Below, piece by piece: positions 1 through 11,800 of a DNA stretch of 64,000 nt. Below the pieces are notes generated by a model. That model was given only the letters and a program-made list of their open reading frames with translations. It was not told where the DNA came from and did not search any database. Each line of letters begins with the position of its first letter. Position 1 is the stretch's first letter. The translations under genes and the position numbers were made by a program. This stretch comes from Octopus vulgaris (lineage: Eukaryota). Location: contig OX597830.1 in NCBI GenBank assembly GCA_951406725.2, positions 57,970,001 to 58,034,000 on the forward strand, written 5' to 3'.

Positions 1-3000
1 TAGCGGACCGGGTCTCAAAATATTGGTTGCCAGGAGACTAAGGGGTGCGGGCATCCGCAACTACCATGCTATCATTTAATGTTTTTCTTTTTTGTTAAAA
101 GTCTTCTTTTCAACTGTCTACAAACACAGCCAGGCTGAAATAATTAATGCATTTTCCCAGGAGTGAATAAAAAATTCTCAAACTTGAGGAGATGGGGCCC
201 CTATATATGGATTCTAATGGTGCAGGGGTCCACTTGCCATTGGGCAAGCTATCAACCTGGTCAGTCCGCCACTGAGGAGGACCATTTTACAGAGAAAACT
301 GCAAAAATGCAGAAATAATCAAACCCATATCAATTACAATGGTCACCGCACAAGCGAGTTAAGATTTGATTGAAGTAAACAGATTATTATTAGAAACAAT
401 GAGTCACTGAAGACTGGGTTTTTGGATTCTCTTGTGTCACAGCACTGAGAATGACATTTAATTTTCTACCAATCCTTTTTAACTATTTTTTTTTGTCTTG
501 TTTCAATCACTGGACTGCAGCCATGCTGGGGGATCATCTTGAAGGGTTGGATTACTTGTGACATTAGTAAAAGTCTGCAGATTGAGTTAGACCCTTCAAG
601 TGGTTCTCAAACTCAGATCAACTCTGATTCATCAGAGGTATTCTAGCTGTGAACATTTTGTCTTTTTTGTTTCTTCAAACTGGGCAAGTGTCTTCTACTA
701 TAGCCTCAGGCCAACCAAAGCCTTGTAAGTGGATTTGGTAGATGGAAACTGAAAGAAGCCTCTTGTATATTTGTGTGTGTGTGTGTGTTTTTTCCTCCAA
801 CATCGTTTGACAACTGATGTTGGTGCGTTTACGTCCCGTGACATAGCGGTTCGGCAAAAGACACCAATAGAATAAGTACTAGGCTTACACAGGATAAGTC
901 CAGGGGCCGATTTGCTCAACTAAAGGCGGTGCTCCAGCATGGCCACAGTCAAACAACTGAAACAAGTAAAAGAATTGAATAGTTTATCCAATATATCCTT
1001 TTTTGTAAGACAGTGCACCTGTTTAAAGGAGTGGGTGGCTGCTGTTACTACCAGATACCGTGACCTTACTGAGGACTCCTCGTTAGGCTTGTATCATGGT
1101 AACCATTAATTGTGACAAAGAATGCCATTTCTGTACCAATTCATTTATATATCATCATCATCATCATTTAATGTCTATTTTTCTATGCTGGCATGGGTCG
1201 GATGGTTTAGCAGGAGCTGGCAAACTGGAGACTTGCACCAGGCTCCAATTGTCTGTTTTGACATGGTTTCTATGGATGGATACCCTTCCAAATGCCAACC
1301 ACTTTACTGAGTTTATTTGGTGCTTTTTATGTTGTCCCAGCAACCACAAGCTCACATGATAAGGACTTCTTAGTTGATAGGAGAAGTGGGAGGCATAGTT
1401 GGGAATGCCTTTCCTGTATGTAGGGATGGCCATGGTATTACATGTCTGTTTGTCTATGTATGTATGTGTCTGTCAGTCTACTTCTACAACTGTGATGCTG
1501 CATGGCTGGCAATGAAGCAAAGGGTCTGCGTTTTTCTAAACGGAAGTGAACTGATAATGTAATGATGTAGTGCCAGTCGCAAAAGTCGTGTCTGACACAA
1601 GAAGTTCTATTGAAATGTCTAACCTTGTTGTGTCTTTTCATGAATGGTTAGATTAAAAACAAAAATCTTAATATCTAGAATGTGTAATGACACTTTCCCA
1701 GAAAAAATGGTTTACTTTTTAAATAGATATTTTCTTTTAATAAATCAAGGCTGATTCATCTTATCTAGCAGACCAAATGTTATTTCACAGTGACAAAGAA
1801 GTTACGGTGGTGTTTGTGGCCAAGTGGGAGCAAATAGTTTGTCTTGGTGTTTGGCTTGAAATGGTCACATATTTTAAGATCCACTAGAATTGCTGTATGA
1901 AAGTTCGTGGCCAAGTGGTTAGGTGTGTTGTACTCACAATCATAAGTTTGTGGTTTTGATTCCCAGACCAGCTGCATTTTTAGTTCTTGAGCAAAACATT
2001 ACTTTCATGTTGCTCCAGTCCACACAGCTGTAAATGGATAATTGAAATTTACAGAAAAACAAAAGATGAAGACAGGTGTATAAACAACAAACAGGTGTAT
2101 TAGTTTAATGCTCAGGAAGGTGAAAAAGTCTTTTAGGTTTCGAGCCTACGCTCTTCAACAGAAAGGAACATGAGGAAATAAACTGAGAGAGAATAAAAAA
2201 AAAACTTTTGGAGCTAGCGGTCAATCTTGGCGGTTGTAAATGGATAACCTTGCGATGGACTAATCTTCTGATCTGGGGGACTGTTGGCCCGCCCACCTCA
2301 CCACTGGGGTTGCATTATTCAAAAGCTAAAACAATGCCAAATGGTATTGTGACTATCAGGGCCAGCTGAAGGTACTGGCAGCTTGGGCAGTCAACCAGAG
2401 CGTCAAAGAGGGCATGACAAAGACAAGAAAATTTCCACAACCAAAGTTCAGCTTGCCCGGGGTGCCAGCAAACCTAGGGCCAGTCCTGTGACTAGTGATG
2501 TATAACATCTGATAGTCTGGCTGATCACATGATAATTGCTATAAACAGCAGTACAACCTTTGATGGTTATCACTGTAGTTCATTTTAAATGTTTTCTGGC
2601 TTTTGGTTGGCTTTTATATCACTCGTAGCACAGCCACGATGTATCACTGGAGAACAAAGTCAATGTTTACGAGGGAGGTGGTTGCATGCTTAATGCTTGC
2701 TGTATGAAGAACCAAAGTCCAGTGTATCATGCAGGAGATAAATCGGTCCTTGTTGACTTTGATTTGCATCATTTGTTTATCGTCTTTGTCCTTTGTCAGC
2801 ATGAGGAGTTTGAAAAACACTGCAGCATTGCCACTCAGTGCAAATTTGGTGGGTTTAGATGGGTTGATTATGGATATTCCATGATTGATGGCTCCCCCCT
2901 GCCTTAAGAAACAAATTGAAAGCAAGTCTGAGGCACACATAAATGAACCTCTAGGGGTTTTAGTAAGGGATTATTATGTTATCCATGTATAAGAAACTCC

Positions 3001-3064
3001 CCAATTTTTTTAACCTAATTTTTGACAAAAATGGGTTCCTTATACACATTAAAATATGGTAATT

Positions 3065-5930
3065 GATACAGGTTCAAAGTTATTGTCATCAAAGAAAAGA
3101 AAAGGAATCTGCAATGTGTCATTTGAGGCAAAACTTTGTCAAATGATTCCATAAAACCAACAAAGTTTCAATAACTTTTTCAGAATATTCATCGTCAACA
3201 TGGACAAAATCTTTTTTGAGAATTTTCTCAAAATATTTCTTTTGTTTCAGTCATTTTGACTGCGGCCATGCTGGAACATCACCTTTAGTTGAATAAATCA
3301 ACCCCAGGACTTATTCTTTGTAAGCCTAGTAATTATTCTATCAATCTCTTTTGTCAAACTGCTATTTTACGGGGATGTAAACACACCAACGTCAGTTGTC
3401 AAGTGATGGTGAGGGGACAAACAAAGACACAAATACATACATACTTACATACATACACATATATATGTATATATATACACACACACACATATATATATAT
3501 ACATGATGGGCTTCTTTTAGTTTCCATCTACCAAATCCACTCACAAGGCTTTGGTCAGCCTAAGGCTTCAGTAGAAGACACTGGCCTAAGGTGAACCAGG
3601 AACCATGTGGTTGGGAAACAATCTTCTTACAACACAGCCACTCCTGTGCCTATATATATATATATATATATATATATGAACCCCCATTCTGAGAAATGAA
3701 TCAAAAGGCGATTGAAGCTTCTTATGTTGTAATTCTGGAGAAAGCAAAGCAGAAAAACTCGCAGACAATTGAAGAAGTTTTGATCAGACTTTGTACTCTC
3801 AGTATAATGGAAGTTGTGTTGAGGAATGGAGTTTCCTAATCAAATAGTATTGTTGAAAGATGAATTAGTTGACCATTGATATCAAAGATCAAGTTGTGCT
3901 GGAGGCTAATGTTGTAGCACTTGGCTTCTTTTCAGTTCAACTTGAACCAAATGATGTTGTGTTATGTCCCCAGTTGTTGGTGCTTGTGAGATATGTTCTT
4001 ATCTCAATTTCATTTAAAGAGGAGATGTTCTTTTGTCATCCTCTCAGAACAACTATCAAGGCGTTGGACATTTTCGAAAACAGTTTCATCTTTGGCAGTA
4101 TCCCAGTATGGTCCCAGCCCTTGAGCTGAAACTAGTAAAATAATTTCATGCAATCAAAAGTCATTTTGTTGGGATAATGTCTGTGGATGGAGTACTATCC
4201 GAATTTCAAGTTTGTGTGGAAAAATCTCCTCCATAAATTAAAGACATTGTATGGCCCTTCATCAGGCACTGACATCAAAAACACTTTCAGCAATTCCAGT
4301 TGTGGATTTTGTCAAAAGAAGAGCTCTCAACTTTTCAAGTCCTTAAAGCATTAGGTCATCATTTGCTTGTTTTCTTTGCAAATGTTTGATGGTTCTCAAG
4401 AGGAAATCTTGGTATTCCAGATGTTGTTATATATCACTGGTCACAATGGACTTTGTTTTGTTTTAGCTTTCTAATGATGCCACCCCAACTGGCTAATAAA
4501 GTAAGCCAACATTCCCCACTGATTGGAAAGCTTTTTTATCATAGGGGGTCCCATTTACAGCTGAGTGGACTGGAGCAACATGAAATGAAGTGTTTTGCTC
4601 AAGAACACAATGTGCTGTCCAGCCTGGGAATCGATCTCATGATTAAGTGATCAAGAGTACAATATCATAACCATTAGGCCACATGCCTTCACTTTGAGAA
4701 GAAGTATTTCAGGAAAAGTATTTGAACTTACTGATGAAGCTCAGGTGAAAATTCCTGGTATCTGAATGGGTCTTCAGATACCAGGAAAGAATGCAAACAT
4801 CGTAAAACTCCTTGAAGGCTTTCATGAGCAAGCTGAGATATTGGACAAGAAAGTATTAAAGATGTTGCATTATTTGAGAAACTCCCCAATTCTTGTTAGT
4901 GAAAACAAGAATTTGTCGAGAATTTGTCACAAATGAAATTTCCCAGGATGGTTGATTTGGAAAATGCATTCAACCAATACACTGTCCTGAACTTAGTGAT
5001 GCAGTTTGGATTAAGTGTGAAAGCCATTTAAAGTTTTATTTGGGAAAGTTCCTGATGATATTGAGATGAATTTTTGAAGATAATGTAGGATTTAGGAACA
5101 AGAAATATATCTGAGAAATCCAGTCACGGAATTTTGGTTTTTGATGCCTCATCCGTACCCAGCAGTGACAGAAAGGGCTGCATATGTATTTCCTCTACGT
5201 TCACATATTGATGTGAATGAGGTTTTTCAGCCCCATTGCATTAGGAAGGGCATCCAGCCATAGAAACCATGCCAAAACACATATGGAACCTGAAAAGCCT
5301 TTCAGCTGGTCTGCTCTTGTCAAACCGCCCAACCCATGCCAGCATGGAAAACAGACATTAAATGATGTTGATTGCAAATGAAATAGATTATTATATGTAT
5401 ATTATCATCATTTCAATGTTCACTTTTCCATGCTTGCATGGGCCAACTGGGAAATCGTTGAGGTAGATTTTCTATTACCAAATGCCTTTGCTGTCACCAA
5501 CTTCCACTTGTCTCCAAACAAGGTAATATTGCTTCATGACCGGACATATTTTCCTGGAGGATTGTCAACGAATGATGGGTTACTTGTATGATGATGATAC
5601 TTGTTTACAACAAATTACATGATGTCAAAACAAAGAAAGATGGCTACTCTGTCTCTCATACAAACACACACGCACACACACACACACACGATGAGGCTTC
5701 TACACAATTTCCGTCTACCAAGTTTTGAGGCTATAGTCATAGACACTTGGCCAAGGTGCCATGCAGTGGGACTGAACCCAAAACTATGTGGTTAGGAAGC
5801 AAACTTCTCAACCACACAGTCGTGTTTGCAATTAGGATTGGCAGTTAAAAACAATCTGCATTGTACTCTTTGCAGCTCTCCTCTGCATATCCAAGAATTG
5901 GTGAAGAAAATCTCCAACTTTAGTTTCCTC
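3065..5930 (+). mobile_element. Fossil hAT transposase of Buster/Charlie (ZBED5/ZBED8/FAM200-like) type, interrupted by SINEs
   Basis: Collinear degenerate fragments: QCVI*GKTLSNDSIKPTK (BED-finger-like, about 3110), KAKQKNSQTIEEVLI (about 3740), FFSVQLEPNDVVLCPQLLVLVRY...KEEMFFCHPL (ORF 3869-4129), HCMALHQALTSKTL (about 4245), VVDFVKRRALN (about 4300), EFW...YP and TY*CE*GFS (about 5130-5230), and ALSSAYPRI-like (about 5875). Boundaries are approximate. Confidence 0.75.
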
Positions 5931-6529
5931 ATAATGTATGTGTGTGTGTGTATCCCACTGCTGCTTGACAATCGTTGTTGGTGTGTTTATGTCCCTGTAA
6001 CTTAGTGGTTTGGCAAAAGGGCCCCGATAGAATAAGTACCAGGCTTTAAAAAAATAAGAAACACTGGTTGATTCATTCAACTAAAAATTCTTCAAGTCAG
6101 TACTCCAGCATGGCCACAGTCTAATGACCGAAGCAAAGATAATAGAAGATAAAAGAATCTATTGAGCATTTCTTTCATTGAAGTATGATGTATGCTTCAG
6201 TAACCGGACCCTGTTAAGTTATCGGGTATGAACCATCCTCCACCTCTCGCCCCCTAATTTTTTGCTGTGGTTGGCTTCTCTGCAGATTTTATCTTGTTTG
6301 CAAATTGTCTGCATCCATGCAAGCAACTGTTGCTCAAATTTTTTCAGTTAAAAAAAAAAAAAAATTCATCTTAAAAACCTTGCCTGTACCTCCACCTCCG
6401 TCCCACAAGAGCTTAGAGGTTAACACTGGTTAAAACAGCCTTTTATTCAGGTTTAAAAAATCTGTCAATATCATCTTGTACTTCTAAATGTGTAAAACTC
6501 CATTATATAAATAATTCAAACAAATGCAC

Positions 6530-6560
<31 letters not shown>

Positions 6561-8190
6561 TGTTATAAAAGATGGGCTACAGCAAATATTCTGATCAATA
6601 CCACAGATTTACTTGTCAGTTGTTTGACCTTAACCAGTTGAGCATGTCCCTTAGTGGCTGACGATATGTGCATCTCTGATCACGAGCAGAAGTAGTGGGG
6701 GAGCATCATAGCCATGTGTTGAGAGGGATTCTTTGGGGTTCGAATAGTTCACCTCTGGAAACATGGGTGGTTCTTTCAACATCCTTAAACAACCCTTATT
6801 CAGGGACCGTTTGAGCGGGATGAGCTACTCAACCTGAAGAAAATTCTAACTGGGCCCCACCTGCAAGGTCATGTGCTGTTTTATCTTGATATGAGATCAC
6901 CATGTCGCGCACATATGGTTGTGATGCATGTGCCTGGTGTACCTTTATCAGACGGGTAGTCATGATGGGTATATTGGGCTTCGTATATTTTACCCCAGTG
7001 TCACTTCGATGACATGCTCTGCTCGCTCACTCAATAATAATAATAATAATTTCAAATTTTGTCACAAGGGCAACAATTTGGGGCGGGGGGGAATTAATCA
7101 ATTACAGTGACCCCAGTGTCCAACTGGTACTTAATTTATTGACCCCGAAAGGATGAAAGCAAAGTTGACCTCTGTGGAATTAGAACTCAGAACGTAGTTA
7201 TAGACGAAATACTGTTAAGCATTTCATCCAGTGTGCTAATGATTCTGCCAGCTCACTGCCACAACAACAACAACAACAATAATAATAATGATAATAATGA
7301 TAATAATGATGATGGTTTTCAATATTTTAAACATATTATTTGGAACAGCCCTTTCAATTCAATTTTAGAAAGTAAGGACTGGCATTCTGAAATATTTTGA
7401 TAAGGGAGCATGGAGCCCAAAACTAAAAGAAACAAAGATGGTTAAGAACTGCTGTTCTAGTTTTCACTGATTTGCTTTGGGAGTGCCGAGGAATGATTAA
7501 GAACTGCTGATCTAGTTTGTCCATGCATGTACAGACTTGCTGAGGGAGTGCTCGAGAATTGTGACATTTAAGGATTTATTAAGTTTTCTGTGTGGTTTAC
7601 TGTTCCACACATTTTGTCTTTGAAGAAATTGTTCTTCTCCTTTTATCCATACTGCCAGAAATTTATGTGTGTGTATGAATATAAATATATATGTATATGC
7701 ATGTGTGTATAAAAGTTTCTTTAAAACTGCAGCTACTAGCATTAATGTCTAAGATATACCATTTAAAACAAGAGTGAGTCATTGCTTTCTAACAAACTCT
7801 CGTTTAATTAATTTATCTTGCTTTGCTCATTATTTTTATCACATCTTTAGTTCCTTGTTTTATCTCATCTCTCTTTATTTTAAATGAGCTTTGAGAGAGT
7901 CTCTACATGGTCACTCACCAAGCTAGAAATAGTAGCCAAGTCTTTCTCTTATAACTCCCTCGCATTAAAAAAAAATGCTGGGTTTGTTGAATATAAGAAA
8001 AAGGAAGATCAAAGTTGAAATTACCTTCAATTACAGATCTTACCTGATCCTAATTGACCTGAGGCTTTCCATAATTAACTTTAAAAAGAATATTGTCACA
8101 TTTTCTGATTAGTGTACACAATATATTACATGCTAAATGGGCTCCCTAATGCCTAATATAATTGTACACAGACTGTCTCTCAGGCTTATA

Positions 8191-8867
8191 TTAATCATCT
8201 ACTTGGTTGCGCTTGGTTGGTTTCCTTTTGAGTAACTGCAGCATCTATAAATAATTTTGAGATCTCACTGTTTGACTTACATTACAACCACATACTTTTG
8301 ACTACACGCTATACAACTACATACTTAGTACATCATTTTAACACCTATACCTTATAACCTACTTTTCTGAGGAGATAAATTCTTTTATTATTAAAGAGCG
8401 CATTTCTTTCTTCTTTCGTCTGTCTTTCTAAAAAGTGGTTTTTAGACCTGAAAAAGGAGGATCAACCTTTGCAGGCTGGTTTGATCAACGTGGTTGCAGG
8501 AAATATGTAGGTGGAATAAGTTTTCTATGAGGTGCTGTGGTTGTTGTGTTATTATCATCCTGTGTAACTACATAGGCAGTTTCTTTTGTAATTTAAACTT
8601 AGGTTGATTTACCTCCACACCCAAAACTAAAAAGTTTACCTAAGATAAAAGATGTTATCTGAAACATTAGAGTGAATAGTTCACAGCCTTTTACTTCTGC
8701 CTTGCTAACACTATCAGGGTCATAGCTGTTGTTTTTAGTGCACTTGTCGTTACTTGATCACCTAGCTATGAGCTGAGTGGATATTTTATTGGAGTCCCTC
8801 TCTCTGCTTTTTAAAAGCTTCAGATTGCCTCTCTCACTCACCCTTCAATTAGCTTTAATACACTCAT
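8191..8867 (-). other. Putative spliced micro-ORF (54 aa, basic), unrecognised
   Basis: Three exon-like segments with good splice signals (8842-8904, 8363-8447, 8191-8244) join in frame from the ATG at 8867. No homology was recognised. Confidence 0.2.
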
Positions 8868-11800
8868 AGCTTCTCTGTTGATTTTGTAATTAGAATCAAA
8901 TTATCTGAATAGAAAAACAATGAAAGCAATAAATACCAAGACTAAAATGTTTACTTTTACTAAGTAAACATTTTAGTATAACTAAGACATGGTTGTGTGG
9001 TTATGAAGTTCACTTTGCAGTCATGTGGTGTGGGTTTCAGTCCCTGTGTGTGTCACCTTGGGCAAGTGTTTCCTAATATAGCTTCAAAATGCCTTTTGAA
9101 TGAACTTGGAGACTGAAGCATGTTTTATGCAGACTTGTATTTGTGGAACCACTTGTTGTGGCTTCACTCAATCTCCCAGCTTGAGAAGTTTTCATCTCAC
9201 AAGTTACTTGGCAACCCCACTGGCGTCGGTGCCACATAAAAAAAAAAACACCCATTCCACTCTGTGAAGTGGTTGGTATTAGGAAGGGCATCCAGTTGTG
9301 GAAACCATACCAAAGCAGACAATGGAGCCTGGTGCAGCTCTCCAGCCTTGCCAATTCCTGTCAAACTGTCCAACCCATGCTAGCATGGAAGATGGATATT
9401 AAATGAGGATGATATTTGCCTGTGTTGGTTTGTTCACACCCTTGTAACTTAGTGGTTCAGCCAAAGAGACCAGTGTAATAAGAACCAGACTTAAAATAAG
9501 TGCTGGGGATCCATGTCATTGACCGGACCTTTTGTGGTGATGCTCTTACATGGCCATAATCCAAAGTCTGAAACCAGTAAAAGAACAAAGCAAATTATTT
9601 GAAGAGTTTATAAATGGCAGGAATGCTTGGAGAGTGTTTCTGGACAGATGAGTGAATTTTGATGTTGCTCAAAGGGCTACGGAACCAGCATATGCTGTCA
9701 GGCCTCACTGCTGATATTGGGGGTTGCATTCTATGCCTTGACCCCAGCATAGAATGGGGCTCACCCTTTTGAGCTGGGAAATGAATGGAATGCCTGGTGT
9801 GTGTCTTGTTGTGGCTACCCCCTCCTAACAAAAAAAAAAAAAAAAAAAATGGGGAATAGGCCTGGCTATATTTATCTTAAGACAAGAGATTTCTCTTTGG
9901 GTTTCTGTGTGACTCTCTAGTTTCAAGTGGGTTTTTTTACTGCTTCACCCCTTCTTTCTTTTGGTCTCTAGGGAAATTTATTGCCTGTTAAAGGAAGAAT
10001 GGATTTCTTCTATCTTAATGCATATTCTTTTATTCTTTTAGTCATTTGACTGTGTCCATGCTGGAGCACATCCTTTAGTCGAAGAAATCAGCCCCAGGAC
10101 CTATTCTTTGTAAATCTAGTACTTATTCTGTTGGGCTCTTTTGCCGGACTGCTAAGTTACGGGTACATAAACACACCAACATTGGTTGTCAAGTGATGGT
10201 GGTGGTGGTGGTGACAAACACACACACAGACATATACGGTGGGCTTGTTTCAGTTTCCATCTACCAAATCCACTCACATGGTTTTGGTTGGCTTGAGGCT
10301 ATAGCAGAAGAGGCTGGCCCATGGTGCCACACTCAAGACTAAGTGGGGTGGAACCTGAAACCATGCGCTTGGGAAGCAAACTGTGCCTATAATCTTCGCA
10401 TTTATAAATAAGAACCTCCTATTATAATTCCATTCCCATCGAAGATGTCTTTTAGGAGTTTTAACTGGAGCGCAGGACCCAACTAGTACATTCTTTTATT
10501 GACCCCAGAAGGCTGAAAAGCAAAAAGGAGAACTCGGCAAGATCACAACTCAGGCAGCAAATAGCCAAATCTCTTCAGACTCTCTCAGACATTTTTGCCA
10601 ATGTTTTCCAAATCTACCTGATCTTCCTAATAATTTCTTTGCTTTGTTTTTCTATTTATTAATAATTCTTTATTATTTTTACTGGCTTTAATCAGTGAAG
10701 AATAGCACACTGGGTAGCGGTGGTGGTGGGGGACTCCCTTTGAGGGTCAAACATTGGTCTTTATTTTGTTGATTTCCTTTCATTTCACCCCATCAAGAGG
10801 CATGACACACACACACATACACACACACACACACACATACGTAGCCGTGCACACATACATAGCTGTACCCGCAAACACATCTGTACACACACACAATGTA
10901 GCAGTACACCACACACACACACACACACACAGCTCTACTCACCCCTAGGAGAAGGTGACTCTGATAAAACTAGATATGTAGGGAATGGCATTCAACATTT
11001 TGGAGATCTTTTGTCTATACTTCCATGTTCCTGAGCCTGTGACCAACATTGGCACCGGAATTCTTGCTCTGGCTTTTCCTTGGATCATGGCAGTAGAGTA
11101 GAAAGGGTTTGTGTAGTGCTGTGCAAGCCTTATTGGACCTAAAATTTTAGGTTGTGCAATCACTGGTGAGGTGACTTTCTGATGGCCTGTCAAGCAGGAA
11201 GGTGCCATGGTGAGCATGGAAATTGTGGATGCAAACCTGGGAAAAGCTGACTGAGGGTGCAAGAACCTCCTGGATGGGTATTGCTGGCATTTTATATGGG
11301 TGATGGTCAGTGATGTTCTTCTTTGGTCACAAGTGGACAGCCATGCACATATATATTTTTGTGTTTGTGTAGATATATATGTGTATGTATATAGTATATA
11401 CACACATGTGTATATTTGTATGTGTGTGTGCATGCATATATGTATGTGTAGATATGTATTGTGTATATATATATACATACACACACACGTATGTATGTAT
11501 GTATGTATGTATACATGTGAGTGTTGACAACAGGAAGGGCACTCAGCCATGAAAATCTGCTTCAAGAAATATCCTCCAACCCATGCAAGCATGCAAAAGT
11601 GGATGTTAAAATGATGATGATGATGACAATGATACCAGTACTGGTGCCACATAAGAAGCACCCAGCACACTCTGTAAAGTGGTTGGCATTAGGAATGGCA
11701 CCCAGCTGTAGAAACCAAACCAAAACATGACTGGATCCTGGTGCAGCTTTCCAGCCTTGCCAGCCCCTGAAAAACTTTCCAACCCATGCTAGCATGGAAA

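Noticed and set aside
2357-2488. Small CAGGG...CCTG MITE-like element with near-duplicated flanks
   Set aside because: The TIR and TSD are imperfect and there is only one copy in the window.
4731-4787. CTGATGA...GAAA followed by a perfect 15-bp hairpin (4752-4787), resembling a hammerhead
   Set aside because: Stem II is only about 2 bp, and there is no U-H cleavage triplet or stem I partner after the hairpin. The hairpin is more likely a local inverted duplication.
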